Positions 37,292 through 50,676 of a stretch of DNA of 64,000 nt are shown here, piece after piece. Made by a program: the position numbers and the translations under genes. The notes below the pieces were generated by a model, which saw only the letters and a program-made list of their open reading frames with translations, searched no databases and was not told the DNA's origin. The stretch's first letter is position 1. Every line of letters starts with the position of its first letter. The stretch lies in contig NC_042997.1 in assembly GCF_006345805.1 (NCBI RefSeq), positions 202,368,001 to 202,432,000 on the forward strand. Reading direction: 5' to 3'. The DNA comes from Octopus sinensis (taxonomy: Eukaryota).

Positions 37292-39059
37292 TAAATATAT
37301 ATATATATCTTGTCATTCCTCATTCATATGTTCTCTGTGAATAAAGAAGACAGTTGTAAATGGTTACAAGCATTCAGATCTGCCAGAATACAAAAACTGT
37401 CTGTTGCAAAATTTCTAAACAAAAAAGAAAAGGAATTTACAGAAATATCAAAATAAAAAAATTAAAAAAACACTGATAAAGCAAATAATTATTTCAAATG
37501 ATTTTATTGTTCCATAAATCTTAAAGTCAAAGCTTTTCATCATGTCCCCCCATTTCTTGAGTGTTTTTATGTCGTCTGAATGACAAATACAAAACATTCA
37601 CAAAAGTTTGTCCACATGCAGTTTTTGTTTATCTCTTTGTGTTGAAGAAACCTTTTGATACAAAACCCACCTGAGACTGCCTCTAGTTCTATAACATATA
37701 GCTTCTTGCTTAAAATATTCATCATCAATACCAGCAGCAGCAGCAGCATTATCATCATCGTTGTCATCATTTTTTTACATATTTGGATTTGACGAGACTT
37801 CTTAGGTAGTAATCTACCTGAACACCACACCTTGTCTGACATTTTTTGTTTGTAGGTGAATTAGACATCTTCACCAAGGTAACGTTAAATACAAAGACTC
37901 TTTTACACACACACACACACAACACACATGCATGCACACACACTTAACATGGGTTCCCAATAATTTTCTTCTACCAAATTTCACTCCCAAAGCATTGGTC
38001 ACCCTGAAGATATAGCAGGAGATGCTAGTTCTGGTTATCATACAGAGATAATTTTCTTTATCTTACTCTCCAACTCATTCTCCTTTGTTTTCCAAATGGC
38101 GTATCCATGTATCTACTCTACAGCAAGACACCCATATTTGTCCCCTCTGTACCTTAAATCTCTCAACTGACACAAACCCACACACCCCTCAAAACCACTC
38201 CCTTCCCTTCAGTTGAGAGTTATTTTGTCTTGCAAGATACCTGGTGACCCTGTTGAGGCTGGTGCCACATAAAAAGCACTGGTGCTGGTACCTTGTAAAA
38301 AGCACTAGTGCTATGTAAAAGGCATTGGTGCAGGTGCCACATAAAAATCACTGGTGATGTTGCCACATAAAAAGTACTAGTGATGTTACTGCCATATAAA
38401 ATCGCCCAATACACTCTGTAAAGTGGTTGGTGTAAGGAAGGGCATCCAGCTGTAGTAATCATACCAAAACAGACAATAGAACCAGATGTGGATCCTGGCT
38501 TTGCCAACCCCTGTCAAGCCATCCAACCCATGCCAGCATGGAAAATGGACATTAAATGAGGATGATAGTGATGCTGATGAAATTAAACCCAAAACAAACT
38601 CCATAACCAAACAGCCATCATTCAAGCTTGCTATCATAATTCTTTGTACTTTGATGGTCCACACAGACACTTCATAACTACTATTTTTATCTCTTCCTGC
38701 TCCAACTAATCACTTGCACCATCTCTTCTAAAATGTTAGTCATATGACTCCTCTACATCAACAAATCTGTTTTGCTCTGGCCCCTTCTTTCATTAGTATA
38801 ATGCTGTCACCCTCTCTATTGTATCCCTCCTCATTCAAAGAGGATTTTAGTCTTGCAAGCAGTATGCACCCAGTACGCATTGTACAGTGATTGCCTTTAG
38901 GAAGGTCGTCCAGTTGTTGAAACCATGCCAAAGCATGACACTAGAGCACAATGCAGTCCTTGTGCTTGTTGGATGCTACAAAACCCTTCAACAGAATACC
39001 AGCATGGAACATAGATATTGGGTGGTGCTGTTGTTGCTGCTTGTTTGTTGGTTTGTTTG

Positions 39060-39452
39060 TTGAGTGAAGCGGTCTCCATCCCAGAGCTCGCAAGATCATG
39101 CCTCAGGATTGTCTGTAGTGGGAGAAGTCCAAAATGTGGTCCCTTGCTATTCGTAAGACCCACAGAAGAGAAAGCAGGTCAACCCCCGACACCAAGAGCA
39201 TCGATGGATGGATGAATGCGCATCCAGGCTCAGCGGTTGCATAGGAAGCTGAGGACAAGAAACAGGAAGAAAGTGTGAGAGAAAGTTGGAGCGAAAGAGT
39301 ACAACAGGGGTCGCCACCACCCCTTGCCGAAGCCTCATGGAGCTTTAGGTGTTTTCATTCAATAAACACACACAACGCCCGGTCTGGGAATCAAAACCGC
39401 GAACCTCCGACCATGAGTCCGCTGCCCTAACCACTGGGCCATTGCGCCTCCA
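39060..39452 (-). mobile_element. tRNA-derived SINE (family 'A')
   Basis: Head ggaggcgcaatggcccagtggttagggcagcggactc with A/B boxes; homologous to 53252-53620 and about 1770-2000. Confidence 0.8.
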
Positions 39453-40075
39453 CTGTTGTTGCTGCTGCTGCATATAAACTTTGTCAGAGTAATCATGGAC
39501 TCTAACAATCCTGCCTCAGCCTTCAATCTCCTCCACATGAATATCCGTAAACCACAAAGAACATAAAACTGCACAGTATTTCCATTGTTGCAGTTTTCTC
39601 AAAGACCACTGCCACAGACTAACAATGCTGCAAATCAAAAATACTAATTATCAAAAAAATTTTTTTTTAAATTACCAAGAACCATCACAATCCATACCAT
39701 TACACACACTTTGGGGGATTATAGAGTTAAAACTTCAAGTTTAGTTCATTGTTTAGAAGTCATAGCTTGTTTCTATTTTATCTGTTTCTGTCCTATATCA
39801 GAAGCTGCACTCAGTTAATTTTAATCAATTCCAGATCAATAAATCTATACAATTTATTGGTTTGATATTTGCAGTTGCATTCAAATTAAGTTGCTTGGCT
39901 TTAAAAATTTAGGACCAAATTGGAAGTGACAGAGCAGAGATAAAATTTGAAAAAAAAACTCACATAAATAAAATAAAAATTAACTTTAAAGTAGAGAATG
40001 AATTAGAGGAGGGAAAATCAGAACATTCATGCTGTGGTTTTATTTTGGAAAATATAAAAAGTATTCAAAACCATT

Positions 40076-40106
<31 letters not shown>

Positions 40107-41239
40107 TTATTATTTTATTGAAGAAATCAGTAAAATTTCTTATAGTTATTGTCTTTCCTGTTTTAACGACCATTTGAAATGAAATGTCAGTGATAATAGT
40201 CGATAATGATGACTTTAATGATTTCTTCATTAAAATTGGAAACAGTTGGTAATTGCAGTGAGATTTCATAAAACTCAACTAATTCATAATAACTAAAGAA
40301 GAATTAGATCATCATCATTTTTATGTCTGTTTTTCCATGCTTGCATGGGTTAGATAAGTCTTTCTCTAGCAGCTGTCACTCACCTGTATCATCTCCTTCG
40401 TGAAGTTCAATCTCCTGTAATCATCCTTCGCTGGTTCTTTTCGATTACAGGAACTTTCACCATAAACACTTGTGCCATAAGAAATTTTGCTTTAAATGAC
40501 CTCACACATTTTTTTTTAATGTTTGATGTTGAATAAAGGCTTGCTTATTTAATGCTTCCATGCTGGTGGCACGTAAAAAGCACCATTCAAGCATGGTCAT
40601 TGCCAGTACCACCTGACTGGTCCTGTGCCGGAGGCAGATAAAAAGCACCATTCAAGCGTGGTCATTGCCAGTACTGTCTGACTGGCTCCCATGCTGGTGG
40701 CACATAAAAAGCACCATTCGAGCATGGTCGTTGCCAGTATCACCTGACTAGCTCCCATGCCAGTGACACTTAAAAAGCACTATTCAAGCATGGTCGATGC
40801 CAGTGCCGTCTGACTGACCCTTGTGTCGGTGGCACATAAAAAGCACCCACTACACTCTCAGAGTGGTTGATGTTAGGAAGGGCGTCAAACTGTAGAAACA
40901 TTGCCAGATAGGATTGGAGCTTGGTGCAGCCTTCTGGCTTGCCAGTCCCCAGTCAAACCATCCAATCCATGCCAGCATGGAAAGCAGATGTTAAAGCAGA
41001 CGACGACAATGATGATGCTTATGATGAAAACTCTTTATCATTTCTTTTTTTATATAATATACTGATGCAATACGCTCCACCAATATCCATGTAGCAAATT
41101 TGTCTCACAGTGAATTTTCCTATACAGTGAAATTTCTTATAGCAAATTTTCTGGTCACTGTTCTTTCCATGTCTTCCTTGGTCTTCCTCTTTTGTGGGTT
41201 TCTTCTGGCAAGAATGTTTGTCACACCACATGAATGTAA

Positions 41240-41540
41240 TTTACTTAATACCACATGTGGTGCACAATACCACTATGTCACACACTTAATACTACCACAT
41301 GTAGTACTTTTAACCAATGCCACTACAAATAACACAGTCAATGAATACCACTGCATGTAATACACTTGCACAATGATGCTACATGTAGCACACTTTATAT
41401 TGCTTTGTGCTACACACCTGATCGATACCACTACATGTATCAAACTTAATCAATGCTGCTACATGTATACTTGATCAATATTGCTACATGTTGCACAATC
41501 AATACTACTGCATGTAATACAATACCAATCATGTAACACT
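41240..41540. repeat. Degenerate ~25-30-bp minisatellite
   Basis: Recurring aatcaataccactacatgtagcacact-like units. Confidence 0.6.
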
Positions 41541-41922
41541 AATTTTTGGTATTTAGTTTGTCTACATGAGGGTACATTTCTCATGTAGCCATTGATTACA
41601 ACAGTTACCCACTGTTAAATTTCTGCTTATTTCCCGACTGAAACCAGTCATTTCTTCTACATTGTCATGTCTCTACAACCAAACAGTGTTTCTAAAATAA
41701 GCAGGGGTGTATTTCTATGAGGACCTTTTGATTCTACATTCATTCACACTTATTCTGTAGCTCTTGGATTGCCGTCTGTAATTACAACCAAATCATCTGA
41801 ACATGAAAGTTTCTTTGGGCAGCTTCTGAAACCTTTTATGGGGCTTTAAAAGAATCGGATAAAGAAAGGAGCAAATGTTGATTTTGATTTGATATACAGG
41901 AGATTTAACATTTAAAATTAAC

Positions 41923-42290
41923 AGGAGTGGCTGTGGGGTAAGTAGTTTGCTTACCAATCACATGGTTCTGGGTTCAGTCCCACTGCGTGGCACCTTGGGC
42001 AAGTGTCTTCTACTATAGCCTCGGGCCGACCAAAGCCTTGTGAGTGGATTTGGTAGACGGAAACTGAAAGAAGCCCGTCGTGTGTGTGTTTGTGTGTCTG
42101 TGTTTGTCCCCCCAACATCGCTTGACAACAGATTCTGGTGTGTTTACGTCCCTGTAACTTAGCAGTTCGGCAAAAGAGACTGACAGAATAAGTACCAGGC
42201 TTCCAAAGAATAAGTCCTGGGGTCGATTTGCTCGACTAAAGGTGGTGCTCCAGCATGGCCACAGTCAAATGACTGAAACAAGTAAAAGTG
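41923..42290 (+). mobile_element. tRNA-derived SINE (family 'C') with internal (TG)n and CR1-like tail
   Basis: ggagtggctgtg..ggttcagtcccactgcgtggcacc head; tail ggtggtgctccagcatggccacagtcaaatgactgaaac. Many further copies, e.g. 43325-43700, 53682-54025. Confidence 0.85.
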
Positions 42291-42549
42291 TAAATCTGTT
42301 TATTGTGCTGGTGGCACATTAAAAGTACTATCCGAGCGTGATCGATGCCAGTCAAGTAACAGACAATAAAAGAAAAAGAACCCCTATCACTACTAACCTT
42401 TCTGTTACTTCTTGGAATTTTTTGTTTTCTCCACAAAATATTTCAATAAATTGCTTGTTTCTGATATGTTTATTTCAGCCAATCAGTGACTGCATTTCAT
42501 GTTTTATTGATTATTGATCCTGTAAAATATTTCTGTTTCTCTATTTCAG

Positions 42550-42687
42550 GATAGAATGATGGTTATTGTGAATATTCTTGATGAAAATGACAACAATCCA
42601 GACTTCAACTTTGTCAGTGGGAAAACACTGAATGGAACAGTACCCGAAAATTCCTTATCGGGCACTGAAGTCATTCTGGACACTCCT
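42550..42687 (+). CDS. Cadherin exon (138 nt, phase 0-0)
   Basis: Acceptor ttcag 42548-42549, donor gtaagg 42688. DRMMVIVNILDENDNNPDF...GTVPENSLSGTEVILDTP contains DxNDN and PE motifs. Confidence 0.9.
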
Positions 42688-43797
42688 GTAAGGGGCTTCA
42701 GTTATATTTTTTGTGTCTGTTGATTTTTCTTATGTTTCTATATTTTTGTTATGTTTCGAATCAATCAATAGGCACAGACAAAGCTGGGTGATAAGAAGCT
42801 TGCTTCCCAACCACATGGTTCTGGGTTCACTCCCACTACATGTGTCTTCTGCCATAATCTCAGGCCAACCAAAGGCCTTGTGAGTGGATTTGGTTGATGG
42901 AAACTGAATGAAGCCCATCATATGTGTTTGTATTTATCCACCACCACCACCACCACCACTTGTCAAGTGGTGTTGGTGTGTTTATGTCCCTGTAACTTAG
43001 CAGTTCAGCAAAGAGTGACCAATAGAATAAGTACCAGACTTTATAAAGAAAATAAACTCAGGCATCAATTCATTCAGCTGAAAATTCTTCAAAGTGGTGC
43101 CCCAGCATGGCCACAGTCTAATGACTGAAACAAATAAGCAATAAAAGATAAAAGAAGTGTATTGCTGTGGACCATGGCTTAGTGGTTAGGGTGTTGTTCC
43201 CACAATGGTAAGATCATTGTTTCAGTCCCTAAGACACGGATAGAATAAGTATTATGCTTACAAAGAATAAGTCTTGGGATCAATTTGTTCGACTAAAGGC
43301 AGTGCTCCTGCATGGCCGCAGTCAAATGGCTGTGTGGTAAGTAGCTTGCTTATGAACCACATGGTTTTGGGTTCAGTCCCACTGCATGGCACCTTGGGCA
43401 AGTGTCTTCTAGTATAGCCTCAGCTGACCAAAGCCTTGTGAGTGGATTTGGTAGACGGAAACTGAAAGAATCCCGTCATATGTATGTGTGTGTGTATATG
43501 TTTGTGTGTCTGTGTTTGTCCCCCCAACATCGCTTGACAACGGGTGTGTTTACATCCCCGTAACTTAGCGGTTGAGCAAAAGAGACCAATAGAATAGAAT
43601 AAGTACTGGGCTTACAAAGAATAAGTCCGGAGTAGATTTGCTCAACTAAAGGTGGTGCTCCAGCATGGCCAAAGTCACATGACTGAAACAAGTAAAAGAG
43701 TAGTTGAATATTATTTGGAATTGTATTTTAAAAGAATGTTAAAATGTTTTGTGCATTGCAAAAGTAAAACCAATTTATTGTGCTTAAATTTTAACAA

Positions 43798-45123
43798 CAA
43801 AATCTCATGGGTTCCCAAGGGTCATATGGACCCCTGTTTAGAACCAGTGTGTTAGACAATGTGGTCCTTGACAAAATCTTATGGGTTCCCAAGGGTCATA
43901 TGGACCCCTGTTTAGAACCAGTGTGTTAGACAATGTGGTCCTTGACAAAATCTTATGGGTTCCCAAGGGTCATATGGACCCCTGTTTAGAACCAGTGTGT
44001 TAGACAATGTGGTCCTTGACAAAATCTTATGGGTTCCCAAGGGTCATATGGACCCCTGTTTAGAACCAGTGTGTTAGACAATGTGGTCCTTGACAAAATC
44101 TTATGGGTTCCCAAGGGTCATATGGACCTTGTTTAGAACCAGTGTGTTAGACAATGTGGTCCTTGACAAAATCTTATGGGTTCCCAAGGGTCATATGGAC
44201 CCTGTTTAGAACCAGTGTGTAGACAATGTGGTCCTTGACAAAATCTTATGGGTTCCAAGGGTCATATGGACCCCTGTTTAGAACCAGTGTGTTAGACAAT
44301 GTGGTCCTTGACAAAATCTTATGGGTTCCCAAGGGTCATATGGACCCTGTTTAGAACCAGTGTGTTAGACAATGTGGTCCTTGACAAAATCTTATGGGTT
44401 CCCAAGGGTCATATGGACCCCTGTTTAGAACCAGTGTGTTAGACAATGTGGTCCTTGACAAAATCTTATGGGTTCCCAAGGGTCATATGGACCCCTGTTT
44501 AGAACCAGTGTGTTAGACAATGTGGTCCTTGACAAAATCTTATGGGTTCCCAAGGGTCATATGGACCCCTGTTTAGAACCAGTGTGTTAGACAATGTGGT
44601 CCTTGACAAAATCTTATGGGTTCCCAAGGGTCATATGGACCCCTGTTTAGAACCAGTGTGTTAGACAATGTGGTCCTTGACAAAATCTTATGGTTCCCAA
44701 GGGTCATATGGACCCCTGTTTAGAACCAGTGTGTTAGACAATGTGGTCCTTGACAAAATCTTATGGGTTCCCAAGGGTCATATGGACCCCTGTTTAGAAC
44801 CAGTGTGTTAGACAATGTGGTCCTTGACAAAATCTTATGGGTTCCCAAATGCCATATGGACCCCTGTTTAGAACCAGTGTGTTAAACAATGTGGTCCTTG
44901 ACAAAATCTTATGGGTTCCCAAGGGTCATATGAACCCCTGTTTAGAACCAGTGTGTTAGACAATGTGGTCCTTGACAAAATCTTATGGGTTCCCAAGGGT
45001 CATATGAACCCCTGTTTAGAACCAGTGTGTTAGACAATGTGGTCCTTGACAAAATCTTATGGGTTCCCATGGGTCATATGGACCCCTGTTTAGAACCAGT
45101 GTGTTAGACAATGTGGTCCTTGA
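43798..45123. repeat. 18 x 74-bp tandem array
   Basis: gaaccagtg counted 18 times from 43841 to 45093, period 72-74 bp; no spacers. Confidence 0.95.
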
Positions 45124-46034
45124 TATGCAAAAAAAAAATGAAAAAAGAAAAAAAACACAGAAAACAGGAAGGTCATGGTTGGATTATAGGTCTGTCCAAT
45201 AAAACTGACCTGGGGCTAAACACCAACTGATCAACAAATTGCCATAACTCCACCACTACTACCACTACCACTCATGCAAATCTAGATGGATACATGTAAA
45301 ATAGCAACAACAACAACAAAACTGTTTGCGTTTTTGTTTAAATATCTGTAGATATTATCTGGAGTGCTTGCGAGGTTCAAATGGGAAATGAAAGGAAGTA
45401 GATCTAATATATGTATAAAGTCAATGATTTACATCACATCCATTTAGAATGTTCTACATATAAACACATTCTGTTGTGCTGGGATTCACGCACCAGTAAG
45501 ATTCAAACCAATATTGTAAGAAAGATGGGATTAGAAAGTATAATCAAGATATCTTTAATTCATGCGCCATCTCTCTTAAACATTTTATTTCCTTTCCCAT
45601 TTTAGCAATATACCAATTTTATTTATTTATTTTTTTTAAGCAGCTTCAAAAATATGGGAAAATTGTAGAATATGAAATACGTAATCAGAAATTCATATAA
45701 TTGTTACAGATTCTTCGATGATTTATTCATGAGAAATTTCTCTATAGTTTTCTGATATTTCCATATCTGAATAGAAACACTCCATTTTGAAAATATCCCC
45801 TCAAACTTGACAATTTTAACTTTATTTCATTTTTAATATAGGATTATTCAGATGACAAACATAAAAAAAAAAAGAGAATCGTGTACGACTAAATCTGGCT
45901 TATCGTTCAATTTTCAGTTATCTCTGTGGTGGGGGTAGGAGCAGGGGGGATCTGTTGTTGTTGTTTTCCACTTGGAAACAAAATTCTGTTTTAGTTGTGG
46001 TGTTTTATTTTGGTGTTTGTTTTCTCTTTGCCAG

Positions 46035-47186
46035 GCACATCAACTGGAAGTCCAAGATATTGATGCCGGAGAAAATGGTACTGTAACTCTAAGTCTCAAT
46101 GGAGCAACTCAGTTTCGTCTTCGCAAAGTCGAAAACTCTAGCTATGTTGTTTATGTAAAAGCCAATTGGTCCCTTGACCGTGAATGGCGCAGTAATTACA
46201 ATGTGAGCATCACTGCTCGTGATGGGGGTGACCCGCCAAGGTCATCTGTCATATATTTATTCATTAAAGTTTTAGATGTTAATGATCACAGTCCACAGTT
46301 TCAGTATACTTCATATAATATGACAGCCACTGAAAACTCCCCCCTTGGTAAAGTTATTGGCTATGTTCATGCTGATGATGAAGACTCCGAGGTCAATGGA
46401 GAAATTGAATATTCTATTGTGAGTGGATCAATGGAGATGTTTGAAATTGGTGAGAAAAATGGCAGTATATATATCAGCCAACCTAAACTGGATCGAGAGA
46501 AGAAAGACATTTATCACATCACTGTGCGTGCACAAGATAAAGGTTTTCCTCGAAAGCAGGCACATACAGTTGTGAACGTATATGTTGAAGATGTCAATGA
46601 TAATGCACCAGAGTTTTCGCAACAGGCCTACACAGTTACTGTTCCTGAAAACACACCAGTTGGAGACATTATTTTCCAGGTGGATGCACGTGACAGGGAT
46701 TTAGGAGCTGGCGGTCAGGTCTCTTTCTTTTTGGAGCCTCGTTCCAAATTTTTCTACATAGACAAGAACAATGGTAGTATCTACTTGAACAAATCTCTTG
46801 ACTATGAAACGACAAGGAAACATTTTACTTTCAACATTCTTTCTCACGATCATGGCACCCCAAGCATCAGTTCAATTGCTCCCATTGAAATAAAAGTCAC
46901 TGATGTAAATGATGAAGTTCCTGAATTCTCTCAGCCGTTGTATGTTAGCCAGATCACCAAAACTTCGCCAATAGGAAAAGCCATTACAGTCGTCCAAGCA
47001 AAAGATACAGATTCAGAGATCATTTATTACTTGACACCGTCATCTTCTGAGTTCACCATTGACAAATCAGGTGTCATTGTCCAAACTGAGAACATTGATA
47101 AAACACTATTCTCACCAGGTACGCTGTATAAGGAATTTAATGTCGTGGCTACAGACTCAATCCACACCGCCAATACATCTGTTCAG
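46035..47186 (+). CDS. Large cadherin exon (1152 nt, phase 0-0), about 3.7 EC repeats
   Basis: Acceptor gccag 46033-46034, donor gtaggt 47187. Repeated DxD, LDRE/LDYE, AxDxGxP and DVNDxxPxF motifs inside the 45972..47261 ORF. Confidence 0.97.
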
Positions 47187-47198
47187 GTAGGTCATTAT

Positions 47199-48060
47199 TT
47201 AACCCTTTTTGTTACCATATCTCCATTGAAATACACTGCCTCTGTTTCAATTAATTTTTGAAATAATGAAGAATTTAGTAAAATAACTTTGTCGTTCTGT
47301 TATGTCTGGGGAGAGTCATTTTCTTTTTGTGCCTTATAATTTAACACACTCACTGGTAAAATTTCCACTTAAATCTTATTTATATTTTCCTAAAATTTTC
47401 ATTGCGTCTTGCAATCTTTTCAATAGTCTTATTGGCTATGTTCATGCTTTTCAAGAGTCAAGACTATTGAAAAGGTTGCAAGATGTAATGAAAATTTTAG
47501 GAAAATAAAAACAAGATTTAAGTGGAAATTTTACCGGTGAGTGTGTTACATTATAAGGCACAAAAAGAAAATGATTCTCCTCAGACACAACAGAATATGC
47601 TTCAACACCCAAACTCATATAAAGAATCTTGCAAACCAAATCCAAAAACGAAACTTTGTCATTATTAAGCTGGTATTTAGAACATAGCATGAAATTTTGA
47701 TAATAAGTTTTAATTTAGACCACCTTAACCATTTTGTTACCATATTTCCACTGAAATACTCTGCCTCTGTTTCGGTTTTGAATATAACGAAGAATTAAGT
47801 AATATAACTACCATTGTTAAGTTACAGTTTCGGACATAAGTTAGCACAAAATTTGATGGAAGGTTTTAATTTAAATCACTTTAAAACGCAAAGTTTGTAT
47901 CATGGAACCAAGGGCAGTTCCAGGTTGGTCAGTATCAACAAAGTTCATTCTTTGATACCATACTTTTGTTAAAATACACTGCCTTTGTTTCAATTAAATT
48001 ATTAAAATAACTTAATCATTATTAAGCTGGTGTTTGAAGCACAAATTACCATAGAATTGC
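47199..48060. mobile_element. Nested cluster of piggyBac-type (TTAA-CCC) MITE copies filling most of the 991-nt intron
   Basis: TTAACCCTTTTTGTTACCA at 47199, TTAACCATTTTGTTACCA at 47725, third fragment near 47950; same family as 60079-60307. Confidence 0.75.
47303..47587. mobile_element. Foldback element (~128-bp arms) with a U3-A8 hammerhead-like motif on each arm
   Basis: Arms 47303-47430 and 47460-47587; motif at 47464-47500 (+) and 47390-47426 (-). Confidence 0.8.
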
Positions 48061-48177
48061 CTAACGTGTCACTCAATAGGATTGAACCCAAAACCATGTG
48101 GTTGGAAAGCAAACTTCTCAACCACACAAACCTCTTGATATTTTTGTGTCTTCTAACTTTTATTTTTAATTCCACAG

Positions 48178-48387
48178 ATTTTTGCCACAGAAGATGAACC
48201 GATTGAGTTTAGGCACCCAGTCTACAGACTTAAAATTCCTGAAGATATTAGGCCAGGTGGCAGAGTTTTCCGGTTGAAAATGTCGCGTAATCGTAACTCT
48301 GGCATCTTGTCTTCCGACCCAAGTTTGGCCAATTTGACTTATCATATGATGTTTCCTCTCGACTGGTTTACCGTCAATTCAACAACA
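48178..48387 (+). CDS. Cadherin exon (210 nt, phase 0-0)
   Basis: Acceptor cacag 48176-48177, donor gttagt 48388. IFATEDEPIEFRHPVYRLKIPEDIRPGG...DWFTVNSTT. Confidence 0.88.
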
Positions 48388-49395
48388 GTTAGTATTTACC
48401 GTCATTAGTCTTTGGTATATGTGTGTGTGTGTGTATGTGTGTGTGCATGTATGTATATGGGCTTAACTTTCAAGTGCTGGTAAAACATAGTTACTTTACC
48501 AGTTGCTGCTACATTAAAACAATGCTACTAAGATTATCTAATATTAACTCCATTGAATTTTAAATTCCATCCGAGCGTGATCGTCGCCAGAACAGCTATC
48601 TGGCTTCTGTGCCGGTGGCACATAAAAGACACCATTCGAGTGTGATCGTTACCAGCATGCCGGTGGCATGTGTAAAAGATTCAAGCGCGGTCATTGCCAG
48701 TACCGTCTGACTGGCCCCGTGCCAGTGGCACGTAAAAAGCACCCTCTACACTCTCGGAGTGGTTGGCGTTAGGAAGGGCATCCAGCTGTAGAAACTCTGC
48801 CAGATCAAGACTGGAGCCTGATGCAGCCATCTGGTTGCCAGTCCTCAGTCAAATTGTCCAACCCATGCTAGCATGGAAAGCAGATAATGATGATGATCTT
48901 TTGATATTGACAGACATGAAGCTATTTCTGCAGTTTCACATTAATCAGATTTTGCAAAACAAATATAAATAAGTAAGAGTAATAATAATAATCCTTTCTA
49001 CTAAAGGCACAAGGCCTGAAATTTGGGAGAGGGGGCCAGTCGATTAGATTGACCCCAGTACACAACTGGTACTTAATTTATTGATCCTGAGGAAATGCTG
49101 CTAAACATTTTACCTGCCGTGCTAACGATTCTGCCAGCTCACCACCTTAGTAACAGTAATAATAATGGCATACCTACACATGTGTACCCACCACCAGCTT
49201 TGTTTTTTATTGTTTTACTTGTTTCAATTATTTGACTGCGACCATGCTGGAGCACCGCCTTTAGTCGAGCAAATCGATCCCAGGACTTATTCTTTGTAAG
49301 CCTAGTACTTATTCTATCGGTCTCTTTTGCCGAACTGCTAAGTGATGGGGACGTAAACATACACCATTGGTTGTCAAACGATGTTGGGGAGACAG

Positions 49396-49428
<33 letters not shown>

Positions 49429-49433
49429 CACAA

Positions 49434-49505
49434 CAGGCTTCTTTCAGTTTCCGTCTACCAAAGCCTTCTGAGGAGATTTGGTAGATGAAAACTGAAAGAA
49501 TCCTG

Positions 49506-49540
<35 letters not shown>

Positions 49541-49613
49541 ACAGGCTTCTTTCAGTTTCCATCTACCAACGCCTTCTGAGGAGATTTGGTAGATGAAAAC
49601 TGAAAGAATCCTG
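49434..49613. repeat. Two tandem 72-nt hairpins made of head-to-head SINE 'C' fragments
   Basis: caggcttctttcagtttcc..taccaa / ttggtagatgaaaactgaaagaatcctg at 49434-49505 and 49542-49613. Confidence 0.85.
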
Positions 49614-49648
<35 letters not shown>

Positions 49649-50637
49649 TGTATTTTTGTGTCTGTGTTTGCCCCCACCATCGCTTGACAACCGATGTTGG
49701 TGTGTTTACGTCCCCAAAACTTAGCGGTTGGGCAGAAGAGACAAATAGAAAAAAGTATTAGGCTTACAAAAAATAAATCCCGGGATAGATTTGTTCGACT
49801 AAAGGCAGTGCTCCAGCATGGCTGCAGTTAAATGACTGAAACCAGTACAAGAATAAAAGAATATTATGATTATACAAACATGGAACACCCACACACAGTA
49901 CTTGAAGTTTCCCAGCAAGCCATAGGTATGAAGTAATCTAATTTTCGATTAGTATTCACTTCACAAACCATCATCCCTCATTTGTATTAGATATATTTCT
50001 CTATTCCAAGGGACATTGGAGCCTACTTATTTTGTTGTTATATATATATATATATGGTTAATCATTTTTGTGCGTGTGTACGTGTGTGTAAAATAATAAT
50101 TTATGATACTTAACAATAATTCAGATATGCTAATTAGGTTAATATTTTGAATTTTTCACTATTTTGCTTAGTCCCTCGATATATCTATATTGTGTGTATA
50201 AACTGACAAATGATATCTTTACACAGACAGATTTTTCTTATGTTTTTAATTCTAATTTTTCCTTGTGTTTACTTTACCAATTATTGCCTTCTACTCTAAT
50301 ACAATAATCAATCTTTGAATTGTACAGCTACAGTCCTTTATATTCTTAAAGAATGAAAATTCTATTTTCTCCAGAAATTATCTTTACAATTTTTCTTCAG
50401 GCTGTATAAGTCTTGATTTGATCATTTCTGTAAAAATAATCGGCTACACCTTTATGTTTAGCCCCACTTGTCTGTTGCCTGGAACCATTTCAAGAACTAC
50501 AGACGTAGTTGAGATCTTACAGTCGATAGTCTAAACTTAGTGTGGTATAACTGCAATCTCTCTCTTGCTAGTATTCCTCTCATTTCTTAAATGACTATTT
50601 TGAAATATATTTTTTATGTTGTTGTTGTAGATTTTTC

Positions 50638-50676
<39 letters not shown>

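Noticed and set aside
34658-37340. Many YI/CV/HT-rich ORFs (and similar ones window-wide)
   Set aside because: Translations of (AT)n, (GT)n and (CA)n microsatellites.
43798-45123. CRISPR-like array (also 10519-11506)
   Set aside because: Units are contiguous with no unique spacers, no cas genes are present, and the context is a eukaryotic intron.
45972-47261. Single-exon protocadherin with signal peptide
   Set aside because: The start is TTG, the hydrophobic N-terminus is the translated polypyrimidine tract, and the C-terminus reads into a MITE. Clean splice sites link the exon in frame to its neighbours.
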